From NCBI GenBank assembly GCA_031263295.1, contig JAISGC010000055.1, positions 1-47,889 of the forward strand: a stretch of 47,889 nucleotides of DNA, given 5' to 3'. A program made the position numbers and the translations under genes. Under the pieces are notes generated by a model. The model ran no database searches, was not told the DNA's origin, and worked only from the letters and a program-made list of their open reading frames with translations. Positions 16,553 to 24,648 of the stretch are shown in pieces. Within the stretch, counting starts at the first letter, position 1. Each line of letters begins with the position of its first letter. The DNA comes from Rickettsiales bacterium (GTDB taxonomy: Bacteria > Pseudomonadota > Alphaproteobacteria > Rs-D84).

Positions 16553-16666
16553 CGAACCAAGTTGGGAAACTTGGATCAAGGGCCGTGAGAAGCCTTCTTA
16601 AAGCGGTGCGTCGTTTTCGCATCGTAATCCGCGCATAAAAACCTTGACCGCGTGCGGTCTTTTTTT
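16553..16666 (+). ncRNA. candidate small RNA / leader module with its own terminator, copy 2
   Basis: Hairpin CCAAGU-UGGGAA-ACUUGG (16557-16574), box CAUCGUAAUCCGCGCAUAAAAAC, terminator GACCGC-GU-GCGGUC + U7 (16646-16666). Confidence 0.5.
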
Positions 16667-16685
16667 ATGCGCCAATCCCCGTTAT

Positions 16686-16753
16686 GGTCGGGGGGCCGCG
16701 ATAAGTAATTTCGCGGGATCATTACTTTAAGATGATTTCTCAACCCCCTGATC
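16686..16753 (+). promoter_or_regulatory. candidate three-way-junction leader RNA, copy L2
   Basis: P1 GGUCGGGGGG/CCCCCUGAUC, P2 CCGCGA..UCGCGG, P3 AUCAU..AUGAU. Lies 80 nt upstream of the Cys-rich gene start. Confidence 0.5.
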
Positions 16754-16833
16754 GCATCAAGATTTCCCAATGACGCCGCGCCGGACACCAATCATCCGGC
16801 ACGGCCAATAAAAACAAAACAGGGAGAACTCTC

Positions 16834-17322
16834 ATGAAAAAACTATTCGCGATTCTTGCAATCGCAACGACGGCGGCCCCGGCCGCGAAGATGTGCCTGC
16901 GGCACATATACAGTGTCAACGGATACAAATACGCATACAACAACCAGAACGGGGCGTTCGTCCTCGCCGCCGGAAACTGCCGCGGAACGGCGAGCAGCCA
17001 ATGCGGCGGCTATCCGCAAAGCGCGACATATGCGGGCGTCGGCGCGCCGACCGGATACGACTGCGACAATATTTTCGCGGCGGGCATATCGGCCTGCGTA
17101 GGAACCGGAAATGAGCCGACCCAGGACGCCGCCACCGGCGACATCTGCATGTGCAAAATGACCTGGCCGAAGGAATCGAATTGGATTTACGCGGCGACTC
17201 AGCCTTGGTCGACCGGCTATCCGGATTATTGCAGGCAGAACTGCGCGTCGCTGTGCGGATGCCATATGTATAACTCCGCCGCGCCGAACGCGTTCACATC
17301 GGCGATGTTCAGCGGGATATGA
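16834..17322 (+). CDS. small secreted Cys-rich protein, family member B
   Basis: Signal peptide MKKLFAILAIATTAAPAA, 12 Cys, SD CAGGGAG. Shares motifs with 12738..13136. Confidence 0.75.
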   Translation: MKKLFAILAIATTAAPAAKMCLRHIYSVNGYKYAYNNQNGAFVLAAGNCRGTASSQCGGYPQSATYAGVGAPTGYDCDNIFAAGISACVGTGNEPTQDAATGDICMCKMTWPKESNWIYAATQPWSTGYPDYCRQNCASLCGCHMYNSAAPNAFTSAMFSGI

Positions 17323-17352
17323 TTCAGCGCCGCGTTGGTCGAAAAACAACCA

Positions 17353-17382
17353 TTAGACACGCGCGGTTAAACTTTGTATAAT
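17353..17382 (+). promoter_or_regulatory. promoter TTAGAC-18-TATAAT, 7 nt from the ftsE ATG (leaderless candidate)
   Basis: caTTAGACacgcgcggttaaactttgTATAATtcccgaaATG. No SD is possible in the 7-nt gap. Confidence 0.5.
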
Positions 17383-17389
17383 TCCCGAA

Positions 17390-18139
17390 ATGGAAAGCGG
17401 GAATATTATCTCTTTTATGGATGTCGGCACGCGCTACGAGGCCGGGCCCGAGATTCTGTCCAATGTGTCCTTCAACATAAACGCGGGCCAGTTTTTTTTC
17501 CTGACTGGGAAATCCGGCGCCGGGAAAACCACCCTGCTCCGTCTGATTTATCAGTTGCACAAGCAGACGCGCGGCCAGATTCGCCTGTTCGGGAAAAACA
17601 CCGCCAGTCTGACGCCCGACGACCTGGTAATTCTTCGTCGCAAGATGTCGATTGTGTTTCAGGAATATTCGCTGATTTCGCATTTGTCCGTCTTCGACAA
17701 TGTGGCGCTACCGCTGCGGGTGCGCGGGCATCCGGAGGCCGAGGTCTTGCCGACGGTTCTAAAAACTTTGCAGTGGGTGGGCCTCGAAAAATACGCGAAC
17801 GCGCGCCCGCTGTCATTGTCGGGCGGCCAGCAGCAAAAGGTCGCGGTCGCGCGCGCGGTCATAACCCGCCCGCGGATTTTATTGGCGGACGAGCCGACGG
17901 GCTCGCTCGACGACGATTCCGCGCACAAGCTGATGGACCTGTTCGTGAAAATGAAAGACAGCTATGGATGCGCGGTTGTGATTGCGACGCACAGCCAAAA
18001 CTTGATGGGCGCGTATGACTTTCACCGGATACGGGTCGAGAACGGCGCGGTGCGCTTTGCGAACGCGGGCGACGACGCGCGCGCCTTCGGCGAGGACTAC
18101 TTCGCGGATCTCTCCAAACGATTTTCGGATATAATATAA
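17390..18139 (+). CDS. ftsE: cell-division ABC ATPase FtsE-like
   Basis: Walker A GKSGAGKTTLLRLI, signature LSGGQQQKVAVARA, Walker B ILLADEPTGSLD. FtsE-like N-terminus. No ftsX follows. Confidence 0.75.
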   Translation: MESGNIISFMDVGTRYEAGPEILSNVSFNINAGQFFFLTGKSGAGKTTLLRLIYQLHKQTRGQIRLFGKNTASLTPDDLVILRRKMSIVFQEYSLISHLSVFDNVALPLRVRGHPEAEVLPTVLKTLQWVGLEKYANARPLSLSGGQQQKVAVARAVITRPRILLADEPTGSLDDDSAHKLMDLFVKMKDSYGCAVVIATHSQNLMGAYDFHRIRVENGAVRFANAGDDARAFGEDYFADLSKRFSDII

Positions 18140-18150
18140 AGGAGTAAAAA

Positions 18151-19149
18151 ATGAACAAAATATTTGCGGTGTTGGGCGGGGTCGGGGCGCTATGGTTCGG
18201 GCGAGACTTGTTGCTACCCATAATAACGGCGGTGTTTTTGTGGTATCTGACCATCGCCATCGGCTCTTACTATCGGCGCATCCTTAAAATAGGATGGCTG
18301 TCAAACGCGGCGGCGGGCGCGTCCTTGCTCGGCGTCGTCTGGGGATTCATCGAGCTGATTCGCCCGATGCTGTGGGACCTCTATAAACAGGCGCCGCAGA
18401 TTGCCGAAGGCGGCAAGCATCTTATCGCCGAGCTCTCCGAAATCGTCGGGACCGAGATTTCCTTCGCGGGCCTGCCGACATTACAGGAATCGATTATGGC
18501 CGCGGGCAACTCCTTGGCCTCGGGCGGCGCGGTTCTGGCCATGATAATAATCTATATGATTTTCATTTTCATAGAACAGGGTTCGTTCCCGAAAAAACTC
18601 CGCGCATTGTTCCCGCAGAATAAGCAGTTTGGAAAGGCGAGCTTCATACTGCACGCTATTGATTCCCAGATGAAAAAATATCTCGGCGTCAAGACCTTCG
18701 TGTCGCTGCTGCAAGGCTTCGCGTTTTATCTGTGCCTGGCGGTAATCGGGGTGCCGTTCGCAGCTCTATGGGGTTTCGGGCAGTTCCTGCTGAACTATAT
18801 TCCGACATTCGGCTCCATCGCGGCTACAACTCTGCCGATGCTCTATTCGTTCGCGATAAACGGCGACATAACCGATGTGATTCTTATCGGAATCTCGGGC
18901 GCGATTGTGAACTTGATATTCGGAAATATTCTGGACCCGAAGCTGACGGGCAAATCCTTGAACCTGTCGCCGCTGGCGATACTGGTCAGCCTGATATTCT
19001 GGGGGATGCTGTGGGGCAGCCTGGGGATGTTCTTCTCGGTTCCGATTTTGGTCGGCATCTATGTCGCGGCCGCCCAGTTCGAATGCACGCGCTGGATAGC
19101 AGTTCTGTTGTCCGCGGACGGACAGATACCGGATAAGAATGAAGAGTAG
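18151..19149 (+). CDS. AI-2E family (PerM/UPF0118) transporter
   Basis: Polytopic. Conserved tail ..NYIPTFGSIAATTLP..ILDPKLTGKSLNLSPLAILVSLIFWGMLWGSLGMFFSVPI. The TAG stop lies in the H7 arm. Confidence 0.8.
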   Translation: MNKIFAVLGGVGALWFGRDLLLPIITAVFLWYLTIAIGSYYRRILKIGWLSNAAAGASLLGVVWGFIELIRPMLWDLYKQAPQIAEGGKHLIAELSEIVGTEISFAGLPTLQESIMAAGNSLASGGAVLAMIIIYMIFIFIEQGSFPKKLRALFPQNKQFGKASFILHAIDSQMKKYLGVKTFVSLLQGFAFYLCLAVIGVPFAALWGFGQFLLNYIPTFGSIAATTLPMLYSFAINGDITDVILIGISGAIVNLIFGNILDPKLTGKSLNLSPLAILVSLIFWGMLWGSLGMFFSVPILVGIYVAAAQFECTRWIAVLLSADGQIPDKNEE

Positions 19150-19267
19150 AGAATAAGAGAAACGCAAACGCTTCGCGTTTGCAGAGAATAAGAGAATAGA
19201 ATTTGCTATCGCGCAATAACTTTATTTCAAGCTCAATTCTCTTATTCTCTCATTCTCTTATTCTCTA
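19146..19267 (+). repeat. heptad-arm element H7 (AGAGAAT units), non-coding copy
   Basis: agagaataagagaa-[cgcaaacgcttcgcgtttgc]-agagaataagagaataga - loop with gcgcaataac - attctcttattctctcattctcttattctct. Confidence 0.9.
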
Positions 19268-19277
19268 AAAATGGATT

Positions 19278-19808
19278 ATGATACTTTCTGGCCTACGAAT
19301 TCTTTTTTCGCCTTACGCATTGCCCGCGGTAATTTTCGCGGCGGGGTTTCTGGCGTTCAAGGCCGCGGTGCCCGAATGCGGGGCAATTGCGCCGGATGCG
19401 CAGATGTTCGTGCTGACCGGGGATGCGCGGCGGATTCCGTTCGCGCTGAAAATGCTCGACGATTATCCGAAGAGAAAATTATTCGTCATAGGCGCCGGGA
19501 CGCCCGCGATAGAAACGCCGCATCAGAACAGAATCGAAATCGAGAACAAATCGAAATCGACATACGAGAACGCGATTGCGATAAAACATATCGCGCGTAA
19601 AAAACTGCTGACATCGATTGTCGTTATAACGACCAGCGATCATATCAACCGGGCCATGTATCTGGCGCGGCGTCAGATGCCGATTATGAGCATCACCGCC
19701 TGCCCGGTGCCTCTATCGGGAATGCCCGCGGCGAAACGCCTGGACCGCTGGCTGACGGAATATGTGAAGTTTATCGGAACGATGCTGGGGATCAATTCCA
19801 AGGCATAA
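19278..19808 (+). CDS. DUF218 (YdcF/ElyC-like) protein
   Basis: N-terminal TM, then ..FVLTGDARRIPFALKML..KLFVIGAG..STYENA.. as in DUF218 envelope proteins. Confidence 0.65.
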   Translation: MILSGLRILFSPYALPAVIFAAGFLAFKAAVPECGAIAPDAQMFVLTGDARRIPFALKMLDDYPKRKLFVIGAGTPAIETPHQNRIEIENKSKSTYENAIAIKHIARKKLLTSIVVITTSDHINRAMYLARRQMPIMSITACPVPLSGMPAAKRLDRWLTEYVKFIGTMLGINSKA

Positions 19809-19865
19809 CTTTTATGAGGTTATTCCAGAGCGCTTTCCTAATCCCTAGTCCTAATCCTAGTCCTT

Positions 19866-19890
19866 AAAAATGCCCCGAAGGGGCATTTTT
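19866..19890. terminator. bidirectional intrinsic terminator
   Basis: aaaaatgcccc-gaa-ggggcatttttt between convergent genes. It overlaps the TAA stop of the minus-strand OMP gene. Confidence 0.75.
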
Positions 19891-20801
19891 TATATCATCG
19901 CTTTCAGGCCGATGCGCCAGAACGCCTCGTTCGTGTCGAAGTCTTTTATGAACGAGCCGCTGCTGTCCTTTTTGCCGCAGCGCGGATCGCTCGGGCAAGT
20001 AAGCGCCTTTTGGTTTATATCCGTCCGGCTGATGTCGCCCAACCACAGGCTCTCGTGCCGGATGCCCGCCGCCAGGGTCAGAGCCGCCGTGTCCACAAAC
20101 GCCCACTCATAGTTCAGGGTCGCGCTCATCGACGCCAGCCCCAGGCCATATGTGTCGATTTTTATGCCCGTCATCCCGGACGAGTTCCGCCAGTCCATCT
20201 GGTTATAGAGCACGCCCGCGCCGATTGACGCGTCCAATGACATCTTCGAGCGGTTGCCGCGATAGAAATCGAATGTTCCGCCGTAATAGGCAACCAGGGT
20301 GTTGATGTCGACGATTTCGTCCTTCCAATGGTTGGTCGCGTTCAGGTCCAATTGATTCGACGGCGGAGTCGTCGCCTTCAAGGACTTCTTGCCGGTGCGG
20401 TCCAGCTCGATGCGCGAATAGCGAACGCCCCAGCGCGTGTCGACGCGCTCGTATTTGGACAGGTTCTTCCAGGCGTCGAAGCCGTAGTATTTCGTATCGA
20501 CCTTTCCGTTCGACCACGAGTTCAGAGATATGTTCATATCGTCGTCGCTCTGATAGCCGCCGCCCATAGCATACCAGAAGTTGAGGCCCCAGTTCTTTTT
20601 CTCGACGCCGAACTCGGCGCCCGAGAGATTGACATCGCGCCAGGTCAGGATGCTGCCCGCGTTGTTTTTAAGCGCGACTTCGAGCCGCGGGGCGATGCCC
20701 TGGGCCGAGAGTTTGAGCTTGTCGTCAGCGGGCGCGTCGTAAAATCCGGCGTTCGCCGCCGCGGGCAGCATCACAGCCGCCGCGAGAATATAGTTTTTCA
20801 T
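19890..20801 (-). CDS. putative outer-membrane beta-barrel protein (303 aa)
   Basis: Signal peptide MKNYILAAAVMLPAAANA, Gly/Tyr/Trp-rich alternating strands, AAGGA SD. No family recognised. Confidence 0.6.
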   Translation of the reverse strand: MKNYILAAAVMLPAAANAGFYDAPADDKLKLSAQGIAPRLEVALKNNAGSILTWRDVNLSGAEFGVEKKNWGLNFWYAMGGGYQSDDDMNISLNSWSNGKVDTKYYGFDAWKNLSKYERVDTRWGVRYSRIELDRTGKKSLKATTPPSNQLDLNATNHWKDEIVDINTLVAYYGGTFDFYRGNRSKMSLDASIGAGVLYNQMDWRNSSGMTGIKIDTYGLGLASMSATLNYEWAFVDTAALTLAAGIRHESLWLGDISRTDINQKALTCPSDPRCGKKDSSGSFIKDFDTNEAFWRIGLKAMI

Positions 20802-20817
20802 TTTGGAATCCTTTTTT

Positions 20818-20912
20818 AAGGACTAGGATTAGGACTAGGACTAGGTGGAGCCCGTTGTTGCGCCGAAGCGCGATAACAAGCCACACCTAGTCCTAGTCCT
20901 AATCCTAGTCCT
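20818..20912. repeat. hexad-arm hairpin element H3
   Basis: aaggactaggattaggactaggactaggtgg pairs with ccacacctagtcctagtcctaatcctagtcct. Loop carries gcgcgataacaag. Confidence 0.9.
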
Positions 20913-20917
20913 GCATT

Positions 20918-21520
20918 TTAGAACGCATACCTTGCGCCGAGGGTGAGCGTCATGTCGGTATAGTCGAACGCGGCGCCGGATTTCGCCTTGGTGTCGACGC
21001 TCGTCAGGCGCAGCCCGAGATCCGCGGTCCATTTTTCATTGACCGAGTATGACGCGCCGATTGCGCCGGCCCAAGCGAACGAGCCCTCGATTTTCGGATC
21101 GATCTTTTGGCCGAAGGCCTTGACCGAATAAGACGGCATCGCGTATCCGACGCCGAGTCCGACGAACGGCTTGACCTTCCAGTCTTTCGCGCCGAAGTCG
21201 TTATAAAGATGTATCATCGCCAGCGACTGGCCCAATGTGGTCGTCGCGCCGTTTTGTTTTTTGCTGCCGGTCAGGTAATCGAACGACAGCTCGCCGCGAA
21301 CGCTCGACGACAAAAGCCCGTCGGAGGCGCGGGTAAATCCGACGAACGCGCCCGCGCCCATCGAGTTTATGTTCAGGTCCTTGCTGCCGTGATTGCCGTC
21401 TATGGACGCGACGCCGTATCCGAGACGCGCGCCGGCATAGCCCTGTTTTTCAGGAGCAGCATACGCCGCCGTTGACAGCATAACAGCCGCCAGCGACGGC
21501 AGCGCCAAGTAATGTTTCAT
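20918..21520 (-). CDS. small beta-barrel outer-membrane protein
   Basis: Start taken at ATG 21520 (AAAGGA SD; MKHYLALPSLAAVMLSTAAYA). Ends ..LTLGARYAF. Confidence 0.75.
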   Translation of the reverse strand: MKHYLALPSLAAVMLSTAAYAAPEKQGYAGARLGYGVASIDGNHGSKDLNINSMGAGAFVGFTRASDGLLSSSVRGELSFDYLTGSKKQNGATTTLGQSLAMIHLYNDFGAKDWKVKPFVGLGVGYAMPSYSVKAFGQKIDPKIEGSFAWAGAIGASYSVNEKWTADLGLRLTSVDTKAKSGAAFDYTDMTLTLGARYAF

Positions 21521-21656
21521 GATATATCCTTTGTTATATTGTTGAGAAAAAGGAATGTTTGCCTTTTTCATTGAGGATTATAGCAACTGGATTTTAGGTT
21601 GGCAACAAAAATAAACGCTTTTTATCGCCATCGATTTATGATAAAATAATCGCGAG

Positions 21657-21977
21657 ATGAAAAAACTGCTATTTCTTTTGCCGATGGTTGTTCCCTTCGC
21701 GGGGATGGCCAAGTATAACTGCACGATAAAATACACCAGCTGCAACGAGCAGGCGATACGCAATATCCAGGATCCGGGCGGCCAGAACAAGGTCTGCAAG
21801 CGCAGCTGCACGCCGACGCCCGCCAGCAACTGCGCGCCCGATTCCTGCACGCCGCAGGGAAACCAATGCACAAATTGGAGCACGATTTTGAACAACTGCA
21901 AGACGAAGCCAGCAGCCGAGGTTCTTGGATGCATAGTCAAGGCGGTTCAGGATGTTCCGCAAACGGCAACTTGGTAA
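21657..21977 (+). CDS. small secreted Cys-rich protein C (10 Cys, not obviously related to A/B)
   Basis: Signal peptide MKKLLFLLPMVVPFAGMA. Mature region has spaced Cys (NCT..SCN..VCKRSCTP..NCAPDSCTP..QCT..NCK..GC). Confidence 0.6.
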   Translation: MKKLLFLLPMVVPFAGMAKYNCTIKYTSCNEQAIRNIQDPGGQNKVCKRSCTPTPASNCAPDSCTPQGNQCTNWSTILNNCKTKPAAEVLGCIVKAVQDVPQTATW

Positions 21978-21979
21978 AT

Positions 21980-22009
21980 AACGGCGCTTCGGCGCCGATT
22001 TTTATTTTG
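21980..22009 (+). terminator. intrinsic terminator
   Basis: cggcgc-ttcg-gcgccg followed by atttttatttt, directly after the stop at 21977. Confidence 0.75.
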
Positions 22010-22029
22010 CAAGGGAATACCGCCCAGCT

Positions 22030-22423
22030 GGTGTTCCCCTCCTTTGGAGGGGTGGCCGCGAAGGGCGGCGGGGTGGTGCTTGTCGCTGGCACCGCCAAAA
22101 CCAAAACGATTTCCGAAGGAAATCGTCATACCGGCGAAGGCCGGTATCCACTGCTTTCACGCAAGCCATAACTTATAAATTATAACAAGCCTTCTGGCAG
22201 TGGATCCCGGGTCGACAATCCACCCGGATTGTCTCCGTGCCGGGATGACGAGTTCTTTATGTTATTGCAAAATAGTGAATGTAAGGTTTATAGACCCTAT
22301 CCCCGCCTACGCGGGGATGACAAAAGTTTGCTTTGCAAACTTTTGTTTTGGTTTAGCCAGTGCAAATGTGAAGCACCACCCCGCCCCGCTTCGCGGGGCA
22401 CCCCTCCAAAGGAGGGGAACACC
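22030..22423. repeat. R1 inverted repeat whose arms are split by nested insertion of other elements
   Basis: ggtgttcccctcctttggaggggtg (22030-22054) and cacccctccaaaggaggggaacacc (22399-22423) are about 345 bp apart. The interval holds a GTCAT-family composite element (22098-22354). Confidence 0.75.
22098..22354. repeat. GTCAT(A/T)CC-family composite palindromic element
   Basis: aaaccaaaac-[gatttccgaaggaaatc]-gtcataccggcgaaggccggtatcc ... ccccgcctacgcggggatgac-[aaaagtttgctttgcaaactttt]-gttttggttt. Same layout as 38646-38837. Confidence 0.7.
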
Positions 22424-22490
22424 CGCGTGAAGGCATTGCCACTCTTTCGCTCTTGCATTCCATCCCTAAATCTAATACCATACCGCGGCT

Positions 22491-23513
22491 ATGAACGAAG
22501 CGATCGTCGCGTCCGCGATAACAACTTTCAACAACGCGGCCCTGTGGGGCCCGGCTTTCCTGTGGTCCGCGGTCCTGATGCTGCCGGTTTATTTGGCGGC
22601 CGCAATGGTCGCGGGCGATCTGCTGTCATATTTTTTCCCGCTGAAAAAGGCGCGCGATTTTTGTTTCGCCTGGTGGTTCGAGGGCGCGGCCATAGTCTGG
22701 CTGGTGTTCGGACACGGAAACTGGGAGGTCTTGCGCGACGGGGCGGGATTTTTGCCCTATATCGTCGCGGGCGCGCTGTTTTTATTGTGCAGGGATGCGG
22801 CCGCGAGGCTCCGCGAATGGAACCCGCGCGCGCCGAAATCCTGGCGCCGGTTCGATTCCAAAACCAGAAAGTGGCTGAAACTCGCAATTCTTCTGGTCGC
22901 GGTCGCGATTATCGGAGCGTCCGCGTCGCCGCGATATTATTACCAGGCCTTGCAGATTGCGGCGACTCTGTTCGGCACGGCGGCGGGATTCTGGTCGCGT
23001 CGGCCCTACGGCCCGATTCCGGGGACTATGTTTATGATGGCGCTTTTGACGACGGCGGTCGCGATGCAGCCCGAATATTTCCGCTTCGGCCAATTGGGGC
23101 GCTTGTCCTTGGCGCACCTCGGCGCGCTGGCCGCGATAATCGGATTGGCGGCGCTGTGTTTCGTCCTGCGCAATTTCAATCCGTCGGGATTTGTCCGGGA
23201 CAACCACTATAAATATATCAAGTGGTTTATGCGGCTGTGCGTTCTGCTCGCGTTTATTCTGTTTGTGATGACCGAGTCGGTGCCGGTGCTGCTGGGCCTT
23301 GGGGCGGCGGTCGCGATGACGGCATGGTTCGCGGTCAAGCACGCGGCCAAGGGGACCATTGTCGCGCCTTTGTCGGAAAATGTCTGGGCCGCGATGCTGA
23401 TTCTGTTCGGCGTGATAACCGGGATGCCCCTTGTCGCGATTATCGGAATCCTGTGTTGGAAAAACAACGCCGCCAGGAATTGGGCGAAAAATTTGATTGC
23501 GATTATGAAATAA
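22491..23513 (+). CDS. polytopic inner-membrane protein, function unknown
   Basis: 340 aa with about 9 hydrophobic segments. No motif recognised. Confidence 0.6.
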   Translation: MNEAIVASAITTFNNAALWGPAFLWSAVLMLPVYLAAAMVAGDLLSYFFPLKKARDFCFAWWFEGAAIVWLVFGHGNWEVLRDGAGFLPYIVAGALFLLCRDAAARLREWNPRAPKSWRRFDSKTRKWLKLAILLVAVAIIGASASPRYYYQALQIAATLFGTAAGFWSRRPYGPIPGTMFMMALLTTAVAMQPEYFRFGQLGRLSLAHLGALAAIIGLAALCFVLRNFNPSGFVRDNHYKYIKWFMRLCVLLAFILFVMTESVPVLLGLGAAVAMTAWFAVKHAAKGTIVAPLSENVWAAMLILFGVITGMPLVAIIGILCWKNNAARNWAKNLIAIMK

Positions 23514-23537
23514 TTTTGTAGAATCCCCGCGGCGGGC

Positions 23538-23592
23538 GGCGGACGGATGCCAGCGGGTCAGGCGGGAACGAGCAGCCCAGCATCCGTCCGCC
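23538..23592. repeat. 13-bp stem hairpin after the membrane-protein gene
   Basis: ggcggacggatgc ... gcatccgtccgcc with a 29-nt loop. No U-tract. Confidence 0.6.
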
Positions 23593-23605
23593 ATGCCGCC
23601 ATGCT

Positions 23606-23700
23606 GAAAGTTCAATTTGCAAAGTGCAAAGTTCAATTGGATTTTATGTTCGCGTAGCGAACGCATAAATTGAACTTTGCACTTTGATAATTGCACTTTT
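23606..23700. repeat. heptad-arm hairpin element H12 (TGCACTT/TTGAACT units)
   Basis: gaaagttcaatttgcaaagtgcaaagttcaat - [tatgttcgcgtagcgaacgcata] - attgaactttgcactttgataattgcacttt. The same units form the Slt signal peptide at 36202-36238. Confidence 0.85.
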
Positions 23701-23751
23701 ATATTGCGCCTTCTCGATTTTTCCGCTACCCTGCCGCAAACAGGATTTCCT

Positions 23752-24648
23752 ATGAAAGCAATGGTCATTGAAAAAAAGAAAAAGCGCGGGTGGCTGTCCG
23801 AATGGGTTCACACCATTTTCTGGGCGGGCCTCATCGCCATAGCCTTCCGCTCCATTTTATTGGAGCCGTTCAATATTCCGTCCGGCTCGATGATTCCGAC
23901 GCTCGCGGTCGGCGATCACTTGTTCATCACGAAGTGGAGCTATGGTTATTCGCGCTTTTCGTTTCCGTTCGGATCGTGGAATATTTTCGGCGGGCGATTC
24001 TTCCAATTCGGCCAACCAAAGCGCGGCGACATCATCGTATTCCGCAAGCCCGACGACACCATCGAATATGTCAAGCGCCTGATTGGTATGCCGGGCGAGA
24101 CCATTCAGATGAAGGCCGGGCGTCTTTTCATCAACGGCGTTATGGTCATGCGCGAAAATCCGCGGCGATACATTATCGCGAATATTTCCGAGGAATATAA
24201 AGATTCGTATCAGTTCGCCGACCTTGTGATTCGCCGCGGCGCGGTTTATAAAGACAATGCGCCCGTCGACTTCGACTGGACGATAGAATACAAGGATCGC
24301 GGGCTGTGCCGCCGCGCGCCGAGCGAATGCATAGTCGAGGAAGGAATCGAATACGACGAGATTCTACCCGATGGCCGCGTGCATAAAATCGTCGAGATTT
24401 CCGATATGGATTTGCTCGATAACACGCCGCCGTTCTTGGTCCCCGACGGGCACTATTTTATGATGGGCGACGACCGCGACCGGTCGGCCGACAGCCGCGT
24501 GGATATGCTGGGGCCCATCCCGCGCGATAATTTATTGGGCCGCGTTTGGACGATATTTTATTCGCACAATTATTATTCGCCGCTTTTGTGGGTCTGGGAC
24601 TGGGTCTGGAAAATGCGTTGGGATCGGTTCGGATTGTCGCCGAGATGA
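23752..24648 (+). CDS. lepB: signal peptidase I
   Basis: SGSMIPTL, GDHLF, RGDIIVF, VKRLIGMPGE and GDDRDRSADSR boxes. Start taken at ATG 23752 (MKAMVIEKKKK..). Confidence 0.95.
   Translation: MKAMVIEKKKKRGWLSEWVHTIFWAGLIAIAFRSILLEPFNIPSGSMIPTLAVGDHLFITKWSYGYSRFSFPFGSWNIFGGRFFQFGQPKRGDIIVFRKPDDTIEYVKRLIGMPGETIQMKAGRLFINGVMVMRENPRRYIIANISEEYKDSYQFADLVIRRGAVYKDNAPVDFDWTIEYKDRGLCRRAPSECIVEEGIEYDEILPDGRVHKIVEISDMDLLDNTPPFLVPDGHYFMMGDDRDRSADSRVDMLGPIPRDNLLGRVWTIFYSHNYYSPLLWVWDWVWKMRWDRFGLSPR

Noticed and set aside
22229-23768. ORFs 22229..23212(+) and 22782..23768(-), 327-328 aa each.
   Set aside because: The first starts inside nested repeat DNA and then runs out of frame over the membrane-protein gene. 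The second is antisense to that gene. Both translate to low-complexity Arg/Pro-rich sequence.
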